Under the pieces are notes generated by a model. The model worked only from the letters and a program-made list of their open reading frames with translations. It was not told where the DNA came from and ran no database searches. A stretch of DNA of 64,000 nucleotides from an uncultured virus (IMG/VR IMGVR_UViG_2814123274_000001) (taxonomy: Duplodnaviria; Heunggongvirae; Uroviricota; Caudoviricetes). Below are positions 28,106 to 37,202 of this stretch, piece after piece. The position numbers and the translations under genes are program-made. Position 1 is the first letter of the stretch. Every line of letters starts with the position of its first letter. The stretch lies in the IMG/VR virus record IMGVR_UViG_2814123274_000001; one strand, 5' to 3'.

Positions 28106-30010
28106 TCAGGGAGTGCCGGCGCTGGAACCACCGCCGGAGCTGGTAGCCACAGGCTCCTCCAGCGCGATGGCGGAGTAGACGCGGGTCAGCGCGCCGGACA
28201 GGCGGGTCTCGATCAGGTACTTCTGCTGGTTGAAGTCGATGTCGAACTGGTCAAACCGGGTGATCTCGCCGCCCTTGGTGGAGCCCACGGTATAGTCGGC
28301 CAGGTTGACAAAGAGGCCCAGCAGCTTGTGCTTGGCGCCCTCGTCATCCATACGGACCAGGCCCTCAAACTGCTCGGCGGTATAGAGCTCGCCGATGTTC
28401 AGGGCGGCGGCCAGGTCGGCCTTGGAGTTGTAGATGCGGCGGCCATTCATGTCCCGGGCCAGCAGCATCACGTTCACCAGATGGGGCGTGCAGAAGAAAT
28501 CGGGGGTGCCGGTGCCCTTGTACTTCTCCCGGGCATAGAGAGCGGCGGTGATGATGGCCTCGGAGTAGATGTAATTCTCGCCGAAACTCATATCGGTCTT
28601 GCTGCCGTTGAGCTCGGCGCGGGCGGCCTCAATATCCACGTCGTAGTGGATGGTGTAGAGGTCGTTGTCGTTCCAGATGGAACGGATGTGGTCCTCGGAG
28701 ATCTTCATCTCGTCGTCCGCTTCGCGGCCGTCGCCCACCATGATGGCGGTAGCCACCTCTTCGTTGAGGTTCTCCCGCATCACGGCATACTGGTACTCCA
28801 CCACATCGAAATCAGTGATGTCGACAATGTCGTCCCGGTGCAGGGCGTCGGTACGGTACACCGTCTGAGGGTCAGTGGTCCGGGTGATGACGTTCATGTT
28901 GCCGGACAGAGTCTTGCGCTTGCCCTTCTGATAGCCGTGGGCCCGGATGGAGTCCTTGCGGGTGTCCATCTGGCGGGTACGAATACGGCTGATAGGGCTC
29001 TTGTGGACCTTCTGCATGACGGCAGTCACCCAGCCCTGGTCGCGGGTAACGCGCTCAGGCGCGCCGGGGCGCAGGTCCTTGAAGTCCGGGAACAGGCTCT
29101 CGATATTGTCGATGCCGTGCTTGAGCTCGTTCTGTTCAGCGTAGATCTTCAGAGCGGTCTGAAGGCTGCCCACGCTGTTGCTCTTGGCCAGAGCAAGAAT
29201 GTCAGCGCGGTCGGAGTGGCTCAGAACGGTGTCCTGAGTGTCTTCGTTCTCGAAAACATTGTGCTTCATGGTCTTGTTTCCTCCCTTGGTTTTGTCAGAT
29301 TTCTTGTCGGGGTCGTCGTCATCGTCGTCGCCCCCGTCCCCCTTGCCCTTCTGGGAATCCAATTCCTCCATGGCCGCGCCGATCAGGGCATACATGACCG
29401 TTCTCTGCTCCTCGGTCATGCTGTCTACCACGTCCTGGACGGTCTTCTCATCCTCAGGCTTCTCCTCTTTTCCGTCACCCTTGGGCTTGTCCTCCTTCTT
29501 GCCATCCTCAGAGCCGGCCTTGTGAACAAGAGGGGGTTTCTCGTCGGGGCGGAATAGAGAAATGGGCTCGTAAGCGGACAGGATCATCTCCTGCTCGCCG
29601 CCTTCGCCGTGGGCCATATCCACAAAGTCAATAAAGGCGCCGGGATTTGCCCCGGCGACCACCAGGCTGACCTCCCGGATGACGCCGTGCGTCACATCCT
29701 TGCTGGGAGTCTGCTTCAGCCCATTGGCGTAGATGGACAGGGACGCGATGTCCCCATGCTGGACCAGCATCTTGGCCGCCTTGCCGGCGTCGGTCTCGTT
29801 GAACGTGCAGTAGGCATAAACGCCGTCCTTCCGGTTCTCCAAAAGGGCGTGGCCCAGGATGTTGCCAGGTTCGTCGTGCTGGTGGTTCCAAACCAGGGGA
29901 ACCGTCTTCCCGTCGCAATCCTCGAATGCGTTATGGCGGATGGTTCGTCCGTCCGCGCAGACAAGGTCGTTCCGGGTCGCCCAGCCACTAAAGTCACACT
30001 TCAGGTTCAT
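28106..30010 (-). CDS. Prohead protease-scaffold-major capsid fusion
   Basis: N-terminal HK97-type protease (VPLVWNHQH, LSIYA, EVSLV..GANPGA), acidic linker, HK97-fold capsid C-terminus (FDIDFNQQKYLIETRLSGAL). Confidence 0.9.
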   Translation of the reverse strand: MNLKCDFSGWATRNDLVCADGRTIRHNAFEDCDGKTVPLVWNHQHDEPGNILGHALLENRKDGVYAYCTFNETDAGKAAKMLVQHGDIASLSIYANGLKQTPSKDVTHGVIREVSLVVAGANPGAFIDFVDMAHGEGGEQEMILSAYEPISLFRPDEKPPLVHKAGSEDGKKEDKPKGDGKEEKPEDEKTVQDVVDSMTEEQRTVMYALIGAAMEELDSQKGKGDGGDDDDDDPDKKSDKTKGGNKTMKHNVFENEDTQDTVLSHSDRADILALAKSNSVGSLQTALKIYAEQNELKHGIDNIESLFPDFKDLRPGAPERVTRDQGWVTAVMQKVHKSPISRIRTRQMDTRKDSIRAHGYQKGKRKTLSGNMNVITRTTDPQTVYRTDALHRDDIVDITDFDVVEYQYAVMRENLNEEVATAIMVGDGREADDEMKISEDHIRSIWNDNDLYTIHYDVDIEAARAELNGSKTDMSFGENYIYSEAIITAALYAREKYKGTGTPDFFCTPHLVNVMLLARDMNGRRIYNSKADLAAALNIGELYTAEQFEGLVRMDDEGAKHKLLGLFVNLADYTVGSTKGGEITRFDQFDIDFNQQKYLIETRLSGALTRVYSAIALEEPVATSSGGGSSAGTP

Positions 30011-31241
30011 TTTGAACGTTTCCTCCTTCAGATGTTGATGGTGGCTGATTGCCCTCCTCTTTCGGGGCGCTTAGGTTGCTGTTTCGGAGCTCGTCCGCCT
30101 TGGGGTCCTTCGACGGCTTCATGCCGATCTTCTGCCGGATCTCATTGGAGGTCATGATCTCGTTGCGGGTCATCTTGTCGGCAATTTCGGCAATATCGTT
30201 GATGGGCACCAGCCGGAACGGGTCTCTGAAGAAGAGGATTGACTGCTTCTGTGACCGAGCAGTTTTGGTGAGGAATTTCCTCTTCATTTCGTCAACAATG
30301 GCTGATAGGATCGGTTCAATCGTCCGGTTGTCGTAATTCAGCTTCGTCCGGTCATCGGCAGTCCCGTCCAAAATCCCCTGCGTGATCCCCAACTGGCTGT
30401 AAAGCATGCTCGTCAGGTATTCAATCTGGGACATCAGATTGTTGTCGATGGGCCGGTTCAGCTGGACCACATGCTCCGTGCCGTCGGTGTAAGCGACGCC
30501 GTACTTGGAGTCGGACAACTGTTCCTCGATATCTTTACGGCGTTTTTCCGCCTGTTGACGCCTCGCTTCCGTCTTGATGACGTAGGGCAGCTGAATGATC
30601 AGGTTGAGTTTTCCGGAACCGCTCTGCTCGTCGATTGCGTCCAAAATATTGAGCTTTCGGATCAACCGCTGCATGGTGGAGTTGGGCTCGTTCATCACCG
30701 CGAAAAACGGGTTCTCAATGATGGCGACCCCGCTCTTCGGCAGGATGACATCCTGCTTCTCACCCCGGTTCTCGTTGTAGACCCGGACCTTGACGTGCTT
30801 GGGATACCACTCCACGATTTTCCCGGTACGCATCGTTTCGATCTTGAACGAGCCGGTCTCCGGGTCGAGGTCGGTATCCGTGGGCACGATGGCCACGCAT
30901 CCCTCGTCCAGCATGGACATGACCACGTCCTGGATAAAGGCTCGCCCGGTCTGGTCCAGATTCGCCTCCAGGGTCAGACAGCCGTTCAAACTTGAATTGA
31001 TCACCTCTGTAAACCGGCCGTCGTCATCCAGGCGGACATGCTGAATCCCAATCGACGCCGCATCCAGCGCGATCCGGTTGTAGACGGAGGTAATGATGGA
31101 GCGCTCGTTTCCCCGGCTGAAAATGGGCCGATCCGGGCGGTAGGAGTAGCTGGGGCCAAGGGAATGGCTGTACTTGAAAAACTCATTGCCTAAAAAAGCG
31201 TTCCAGGCGTGTTTCAGCCTGGAACCAACTGACATTTCCAC
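29994..31241 (-). CDS. Portal protein
   Basis: About 415 aa between terminase and capsid; IITSVYNRIALD, MTRNEIMTSNEIRQ.IG motifs. Confidence 0.9.
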   Translation of the reverse strand: MEMSVGSRLKHAWNAFLGNEFFKYSHSLGPSYSYRPDRPIFSRGNERSIITSVYNRIALDAASIGIQHVRLDDDGRFTEVINSSLNGCLTLEANLDQTGRAFIQDVVMSMLDEGCVAIVPTDTDLDPETGSFKIETMRTGKIVEWYPKHVKVRVYNENRGEKQDVILPKSGVAIIENPFFAVMNEPNSTMQRLIRKLNILDAIDEQSGSGKLNLIIQLPYVIKTEARRQQAEKRRKDIEEQLSDSKYGVAYTDGTEHVVQLNRPIDNNLMSQIEYLTSMLYSQLGITQGILDGTADDRTKLNYDNRTIEPILSAIVDEMKRKFLTKTARSQKQSILFFRDPFRLVPINDIAEIADKMTRNEIMTSNEIRQKIGMKPSKDPKADELRNSNLSAPKEEGNQPPSTSEGGNVQNEPEV

Positions 31242-31253
31242 TTTTCTCACCTC

Positions 31254-31748
31254 CTACGACAGCAGATCGGCGTACATCTTCTTGAGCAGCTCGTCGTTCT
31301 GCTTCATCAAGGCCGCGAAGTCATAAGCCGGAGGAGGCTTTGCCGCGGATGCCTGCTTTGTGGCCGAGGCAACGGTTTTTACAGCCTGCTGGACACCGCC
31401 GCCCGGAGACGGCCCGGGAGTCCGAAGCTGGCTGACCGACGTTGAGAAGACGGAGGCGCTCTTTTGAAGCTGCCCCACAGCCCGTTTCCCCTGCTCCGCC
31501 TTTGCGGCAAGCTCCGCCGCCTTTTTCGCCCCGTGCCGTTTTACCAGATAAGCGGTGAGAACGATTCCTGCGGCTGCCGCCGCTCCCACGGCCGCTTTTC
31601 CGGCTGCGGGCAGCTTCTTCCGCTCGGTTCTATCCTCACCGCCGTACCGTTTCCGGCCCTGGGGCGTCAAGCTTCCGTCCTTCTGCTGAAATCTCCGCAC
31701 GCCCCACTTCATCCCACGGATGCCATAGTGCTGCAAAATATCTGACAA
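31254..31748 (-). CDS. HYG..GMKWGVRR-motif protein (putative head cargo)
   Basis: N-terminus MSDILQHYGIRGMKWGVRRFQQKDGSLTPQGRKRY; one hydrophobic segment. Confidence 0.75.
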   Translation of the reverse strand: MSDILQHYGIRGMKWGVRRFQQKDGSLTPQGRKRYGGEDRTERKKLPAAGKAAVGAAAAAGIVLTAYLVKRHGAKKAAELAAKAEQGKRAVGQLQKSASVFSTSVSQLRTPGPSPGGGVQQAVKTVASATKQASAAKPPPAYDFAALMKQNDELLKKMYADLLS

Positions 31749-31813
31749 TCGCGGTCACCTCCTGTCTGTGATAAAATTTGTAACAACTGCCCCGTGTGTA
31801 TCGAATTTAGGTC

Positions 31814-31846
31814 AAAAAAACCACAGACTCGGTTAAGAGTCTGTGG
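31814..31846 (-). terminator. Rho-independent terminator
   Basis: Perfect 10-bp stem CCACAGACTC/GAGTCTGTGG plus T7 on the minus strand. Confidence 0.75.
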
Positions 31847-31863
31847 TGAGGCGTTTCGCCGCT

Positions 31864-31892
31864 TTAACAGGGTGAATGCTGTGTAGTATAAT
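31864..31892 (+). promoter_or_regulatory. Sigma-A-type promoter, antisense to the late operon
   Basis: TTAACA-17 nt-TATAAT, followed by a hairpin at 31906-31948. Confidence 0.55.
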
Positions 31893-31972
31893 GCGGTAAA
31901 AAGTGGCCGCCAGTAGCGTCTGACTCGCACTCAAACGTTACTGGCGGCGCAGTGGAAAGAAGGACGGAGAAT

Positions 31973-32125
31973 ATGAAACCCAATGAAAAGACAATAATCC
32001 TCGATCACAACACCCTATTCGATCTCGCCGTTAAATCTGCTTATGTCATAGCAAAAACATTGGATGAACGGTATGCCGATGGGGATCGGCCGGAAGTCAC
32101 GCCGGTTATTCACTGGTATCATTGA
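31973..32125 (+). CDS. Small hypothetical protein (50 aa)
   Basis: MKPNEKTIILDHNTLFDLAVKSAYVIAKTLDERYADGDRPEVTPVIHWYH, preceded by AAGGACGGAG and the promoter. Confidence 0.45.
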   Translation: MKPNEKTIILDHNTLFDLAVKSAYVIAKTLDERYADGDRPEVTPVIHWYH

Positions 32126-32249
32126 TTCCGATAGGAGGAGGTCGGCGCCATGCCGCTCTCTTTTCTTCTTTCCTGTAAAAACCGATGGTCGACCATCGGA
32201 AATTACCAAATGTAGTCATAAAATCCGCAGGGCCCGGTTAAAAACTGCG

Positions 32250-32834
32250 TCAATGAGCATAGTACGCCCGCAGCTTTCTGTTCTCGCTGATGGCCTTTCC
32301 AGCGAGCAAAGCGTTCACGATTGTTCCGCCCACTGCGATAGCTGAGCCCGCAAGTTGTGCCGTCCGCTGGTCTTCCATCCCCTTGGATAAGAGTGAACTT
32401 ACCGCACGGGAACCAACTACTATGGCCGCTTCCGCTAAATAAGCAGTTCGGGTATTCCCGGTAATGGTCTTGCCGCGCTGATAAAGTTTCTTGCCTTCAT
32501 CCGCTAACTTGTCGGTCTTCAGTTTACCATAGGCATCTTCCATCCGACGTTTTTCGGTTTTGACGGCCCGATTAGCGTCCTTGACCCGCTGCCGGGTAGC
32601 CTGCCCGGATTTATGGGCGGCTTTCGTTTCTGCCGCTTTTGATTTGGCACGTTCATAGTCCGATTCGGCTTTGCGATAGCGCTCCAGTCCTTTTCGGGTA
32701 TAGGAACCGTCATAGTTCTGATAACGCCTGACGCCCCATTTCATGCCCTTGACTCCATAATGGGCAAGGCAATCCTGGGGAGAAGGTTTCTCATAGGGCT
32801 TCACAAGTACCCCCCCCCTTTTTTTTTTACTCAA
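32250..32834 (-). CDS. HYG..GMKWGVRR-motif protein (putative head cargo)
   Basis: DCLAHYGVKGMKWGVRRYQNYDGSYT near the N-terminus; basic helical body; start uncertain (GTG ~32804 possible). Confidence 0.75.
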   Translation of the reverse strand: MSKKKRGGVLVKPYEKPSPQDCLAHYGVKGMKWGVRRYQNYDGSYTRKGLERYRKAESDYERAKSKAAETKAAHKSGQATRQRVKDANRAVKTEKRRMEDAYGKLKTDKLADEGKKLYQRGKTITGNTRTAYLAEAAIVVGSRAVSSLLSKGMEDQRTAQLAGSAIAVGGTIVNALLAGKAISENRKLRAYYAH

Positions 32835-34575
32835 ATGCTTCCGGGTTGTGTTTATAGGCGACGTAGGCGTCCATCATGGCCGCCACCGCGTCGATCTTCT
32901 GGTCAGACCGCTTTTTCAGCAGCTTGCGGTTGCCGTTGGTGTCCTCCATCGTGATGCAGTTGCCCATAGAGAAGGTGATCAAGTCCTCGTCAAAGAGCAG
33001 CATCCGCTCTCCGGCCAGCTTCTTCAGCTCGCCCAGGGGGACGGATTCCGTTCTCGCTCCCTGCCGGACCACCTCGACCCCAAACGAGCCGTTCTCATTG
33101 ACCCAGCGTTCCACAAATTCCTTGGCGTTGTAGGGGTCATATCCAAAGCAGCGCACATCGTAGCCGCAGTTGATGACGTGGTCGTCCAAATCCTCATAGA
33201 CCTGCATCATGTCGAGAACTGTCCCCTCCATGACGATCAGGCTGCCCTCTGCCATAAAGTCCTCGTACTTGACCCGCATGGCGGCGGGGAGCTTATGGAG
33301 CGTCACCGATGTGATGTAGTTGCGCGACTTAACGCCAAAGGACCCATCCCGAAGAGGGAACAGGAACGTAAAGGAGCAGAAGTCGTCGCCCTGGGAGAGA
33401 TCAGCGCCCATGGAGCAGGGCATCTGCCAAAACCGCTGCCGGCGGTGTGGCAAAGTCTCCTCGTAGGTGAAGTAGTAAGTGTATCCCTCCATAGGAAGGC
33501 CGAACCGCTTGGCCAGCATATCATTCCGTGTGGCGGGGGCGGTTTCCGCCCGGTCCACATCCTTCTGGTAGGTCTCATAGGTGACGGTCTTTCCCAGATT
33601 CGGGTTGGCCTTAGGCCACATATCAGGGTAGGCCACCTCCTCAACAGAGTCCAGCTTGTACCACCAGATGGAAACATGCTCCTGCGGAGGCCCGATGCCC
33701 TGGAGAATGTTCATCAACTCCATTTTGATGGTATCGCCGGCGCCATTACGAACCGTACCCTCGGAACTGGTCGCTATAATAAGGTAGTCGTCCAGCTTGG
33801 AGGCGCCCTGCTCCACCGCGCCGATAACGTCCTCCCGGGCGTCGGCGGAGGACAGCCACTCGTCCACGGTAGCCACTTTGCAGCGCAGACCCTGGAGCTT
33901 GTCCACCGACATGGGACGGATTTCGACCAGGGAGCCTGAAATGAAATTCTCAATGCCCTTCTTGGTAGAGGCCAGCTTCACCCGATTGGCCCGGGACCCG
34001 GTGGTGTTCTGCAAAGACCCCTCGGTCATGAACTGGAAGACGGGGCCTCTGGCCCGGGTGATGGCGGTCTTGATGGGGTTGATGATCTCCTCGGCCTGCT
34101 TCATGGTGGGGGCCGTGGTGATCTGATGAGTGGTGGAGCCGTCCACAACACAGAAGTATGCCTGAATGCAGGAATCGTAAAGCGACTTCGCCGCGCCTCT
34201 CCCCACGATCAGGTACTGCTTTTTGGTCAGCCGCTGCTTGATCCGCTTGGTCACATAGCGTCCGCCTCTGCCGTCCGGATTGGGCACATAGACAGAGCGG
34301 TCGTCGAAATAGTACCAGCCAAACACCTGTTCCCCCCAAAGCTTGAAGGTATCCAGAAGATGCAGGTCGGAACCGTCGGTCAGGGTCAGCTCGTTCTCGC
34401 AGAACTCGATCCAGCCCTCTACCGCCCTGTCGTCATAGTAGTAGCTGGGCGACTCGATCAGCCGGTCGATCCGGTACATCTCCATGGCAACTTCCTTGCA
34501 GACCGGAATATCGCCGCGGATGACCGCATCGCGGAATGCGCCGTAGTAACGGGGGACGGCGGTGTTGGATAACAT
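32827..34575 (-). CDS. terL: Terminase large subunit
   Basis: Walker A-like VGRGAAKS, Walker B VATVDEW, nuclease GADLSQGDDF and KIDAVAAMMDA. Confidence 0.95.
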   Translation of the reverse strand: MLSNTAVPRYYGAFRDAVIRGDIPVCKEVAMEMYRIDRLIESPSYYYDDRAVEGWIEFCENELTLTDGSDLHLLDTFKLWGEQVFGWYYFDDRSVYVPNPDGRGGRYVTKRIKQRLTKKQYLIVGRGAAKSLYDSCIQAYFCVVDGSTTHQITTAPTMKQAEEIINPIKTAITRARGPVFQFMTEGSLQNTTGSRANRVKLASTKKGIENFISGSLVEIRPMSVDKLQGLRCKVATVDEWLSSADAREDVIGAVEQGASKLDDYLIIATSSEGTVRNGAGDTIKMELMNILQGIGPPQEHVSIWWYKLDSVEEVAYPDMWPKANPNLGKTVTYETYQKDVDRAETAPATRNDMLAKRFGLPMEGYTYYFTYEETLPHRRQRFWQMPCSMGADLSQGDDFCSFTFLFPLRDGSFGVKSRNYITSVTLHKLPAAMRVKYEDFMAEGSLIVMEGTVLDMMQVYEDLDDHVINCGYDVRCFGYDPYNAKEFVERWVNENGSFGVEVVRQGARTESVPLGELKKLAGERMLLFDEDLITFSMGNCITMEDTNGNRKLLKKRSDQKIDAVAAMMDAYVAYKHNPEAFE

Positions 34576-34594
34576 CGGTTCACCAGCCTCCCAA

Positions 34595-35113
34595 TTACTT
34601 GCCGTTCAATTTCTTGATTGCCAAAGCAATGCTTAACGCGGATGCGGTCATGCCCAAGACAACCTCCGCCGCGTTTAAGGAGGTCCTAAAGAATTGACGG
34701 CCTTTAGAAACGCTACTTTCCGACACCTCTGCAAAGAGCTGATTATACTGCCGCTCCAGAAGCTCCCGGTTGATCTTATCCCGCATCTCCTTGTCGGTCA
34801 TCTTGCTCAGATCCATCCGTTTCGGAGTCGGCTTAGAAGTAGCACTCTGTTCAATTTTCTTCGCTTCCCGTACAAGATTTGAACTTGCATCTACAACCTG
34901 CTTAGAGCGCTCCAAGTCCTCCTGAGCCCAGCGCCGCGGATCAGGATTGGAAGTATCAATGCGGTTCTCCTTCTTCTTAGCCGCGTTTTCCCGCTTATCC
35001 CGGTCATAGCGTTTTTCACCGGCGGCGGTCAGGGTGCCGTCTTTGTTCTGGTAGCGGCGGACGCCCCACTTCATGCCTTTGATGCCGTAGTGCAGGAGCA
35101 TGCTATTCTCCAT
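34595..35113 (-). CDS. HYG..GMKWGVRR-motif protein (putative head cargo)
   Basis: MENSMLLHYGIKGMKWGVRRYQNKDGTLTAAGEKRY; hydrophobic C-terminal helix. Confidence 0.8.
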   Translation of the reverse strand: MENSMLLHYGIKGMKWGVRRYQNKDGTLTAAGEKRYDRDKRENAAKKKENRIDTSNPDPRRWAQEDLERSKQVVDASSNLVREAKKIEQSATSKPTPKRMDLSKMTDKEMRDKINRELLERQYNQLFAEVSESSVSKGRQFFRTSLNAAEVVLGMTASALSIALAIKKLNGK

Positions 35114-35489
35114 CTTGACTTTCCTCCTTCCCGCTGGTGTTCTTCACGGGGTCCGCTGCAACAAAAAGCCGCCACTCAAACTCGCTGATCTGCCGGTTGA
35201 TGGACTCAATGGCAGCGGAGCTGAGAGGCGGGTCAAATAACAACCGAACCTTCATGTAAACGTAGGATTTGACTAAGGAAAAGATGTTCGGCTTATCCTG
35301 AATAAATCCGGACCAGACTTCATCTTTTCCTGAGATTGAGAAACCGTTGGCAGGTCCAACGCCCATTTGCGTCAGGATGGAAAACACGCTGTTGATGTGG
35401 ATGATAATGTCCGGGTCAAAGTGCGTGTAGCTCTCGTCGATGCCCAACAGTTTCTTGATTGATATCAGGATGCTTTCGGAAATCTCCAT
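35103..35489 (-). CDS. Head-tail connector-like protein
   Basis: SILISIKKLLGI...FD.DIIIHINSVFSIL.QMG...VRLLFDPP; gp6-like size. Confidence 0.65.
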   Translation of the reverse strand: MEISESILISIKKLLGIDESYTHFDPDIIIHINSVFSILTQMGVGPANGFSISGKDEVWSGFIQDKPNIFSLVKSYVYMKVRLLFDPPLSSAAIESINRQISEFEWRLFVAADPVKNTSGKEESQDGE

Positions 35490-35499
35490 AACAGCCTCC

Positions 35500-35712
35500 T
35501 CACCGGCGGACTGCGATGAACTTCTTCATGCAGTACCCCTGGGTGCCGTTGGAGGTCGATACTTTATAGAAAGCATCTGTTGACTCGTCCATATTGACGG
35601 AAACTCTGGTCAGAGCCGTAATGACTGTAAGGACTTTGGAATTTGCTCTCGGCTCTTGATAAAGCGCCGCTCTCAGACAATTCGTCACAACACCGGCAGC
35701 ATGATTCTCCAT
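35500..35712 (-). CDS. Small SH3-like protein
   Basis: LYQEP..NSKVL...FYKV.T..G.QGYCMKKFI resembles bacterial SH3. Confidence 0.5.
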   Translation of the reverse strand: MENHAAGVVTNCLRAALYQEPRANSKVLTVITALTRVSVNMDESTDAFYKVSTSNGTQGYCMKKFIAVRR

Positions 35713-35727
35713 ATCGAGTCCTCCTTT

Positions 35728-36144
35728 CTACTTTTTCCAAGGACAGGTATCATTGGGTCTGCGTGTAATCGGCTCCTTGAACAACCGGTTCTCGTCGCCG
35801 TAATGGATGGCCAGATGCGTCTCATGAATTGTGGTGATCAGAAACTCGGGATCGAGGATCATCCCTCTTCGCTCCCGAATGTCCTCCGGGCGGATTGGGT
35901 TCATGTGGTGGATGAGTGGCCGACGGTAAATCTCCCGTCCGGCAATTCCCAAATCACACCCCATGTCCCGGGCAATCACAACATCCCGGATCTGCTTCCA
36001 CTCCGTGGAGCGATAAAAGACCTGATTCATGTACCGGTCAAAGCCGAAGGTCTCCTCTCCGACAGCACCGTTCAAACGAAGATAGCGGTAGCGCTCCTCG
36101 AAGGTGGGGAGAAGGATCAATTCCGAGTAACATCTAATACTCAT
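35728..36144 (-). CDS. HNH endonuclease (packaging-associated)
   Basis: FYRSTEWKQIR..VIARD..CDL...IHHMNP...THLAIH; start ATG 36144. Confidence 0.8.
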   Translation of the reverse strand: MSIRCYSELILLPTFEERYRYLRLNGAVGEETFGFDRYMNQVFYRSTEWKQIRDVVIARDMGCDLGIAGREIYRRPLIHHMNPIRPEDIRERRGMILDPEFLITTIHETHLAIHYGDENRLFKEPITRRPNDTCPWKK

Positions 36145-36475
36145 CCCCGTCCTCCTCGTCCTGCCCGCTGTACCGCTTAAAGGCGGCCATGGCCTTTTCG
36201 TAGAGCTCATCCATCCGGACTCCGGACTTGTATGCCTCGGTCTTGGCCTGGACCAGCTCCACCTCTTTGGCAAGCCGTTCGTTTTCCAGACGTGCCCTGG
36301 TAGTTCCGAGCTTCAGGATGGTAGTGACCTCCTGGGAAGAAGCCGTCCCCTCCAGCAGACGCTTTTCAATCAGGTTGACAGCCAAATCGATCAGCTGGTT
36401 CTCTCTGGCCTCCGGTGTCAAGGCGGCCCGACGCTTCCTCGGTTGAATGCCGGAAGGTTTCGTTGCTTTTGCCAC
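36134..36475 (-). CDS. Putative terminase small subunit
   Basis: First gene of the packaging module; GGAGG RBS before GTG 36475; helical, ~113 aa. Confidence 0.5.
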   Translation of the reverse strand: MAKATKPSGIQPRKRRAALTPEARENQLIDLAVNLIEKRLLEGTASSQEVTTILKLGTTRARLENERLAKEVELVQAKTEAYKSGVRMDELYEKAMAAFKRYSGQDEEDGDEY

Positions 36476-36920
36476 ACTTGACACCTCCTCTCGCTTAGAA
36501 TTGTGGCAGTTTCTGTGATGTTTGGACCGGTTTTCAGCGGCGCTTGAAGAAGCCCGCATAAGTAGCTTACCGACAAGTGGAGAAAAACTCGCGGCAATGG
36601 AGGTAACGCATTGCGTACTCAGCCGGAAAGGAGATCACGGCTGAACGAAAAAGAGTCCTTGCCGGTAAATGCCGCCCTGTGGGCTTGTTCAAGCACCGCT
36701 GAAAACCGAAGCCATTTTCCAAAAATATCCCCCGGAGAATTTTTGAAGACCATCGCGATGCATAGGGGGTGCCATTTTTAAGGGGTCCCCCTATACCCTT
36801 TAACATGTCTTGAACCCTAAATACGGTCATCATTTCAGAAATTTTCCTCTAAAATGACAAAAAGAAATGCGCTCTGAATCAGAGAACATTTCTTTTCCCG
36901 GTTTTATAGGCTTTTTAGGG

Positions 36921-37184
36921 TCACATGGCCACGGCAGGCTCGGGTTTCAGCTTCCGCTTCACCTTTTTATAGATCCCCAAGGGGTCATACTTGATGATGT
37001 CGTTAATGGCTCGCTCGATTTCTTCCATGTTCTCCTGCTCAGAGAGCTGATCGGAAGTACGGGCGATACGCGCCAAGAAAGCGCAGGAGTGATACCCGTT
37101 GTCTTCGTCAAACCGATACCAGGCTTCATACTGGGTAAAGGGGTCATACGGGTTGTCGGTCGTTGTAAGCATACACGTTTCCAT
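36921..37184 (-). CDS. Hypothetical phage protein
   Basis: MLTTTDNPYDPFTQYEAW; directly after the polymerase-like gene. Confidence 0.7.
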   Translation of the reverse strand: METCMLTTTDNPYDPFTQYEAWYRFDEDNGYHSCAFLARIARTSDQLSEQENMEEIERAINDIIKYDPLGIYKKVKRKLKPEPAVAM

Positions 37185-37202
37185 TCGCTCTCACTTCCTT
37201 TC

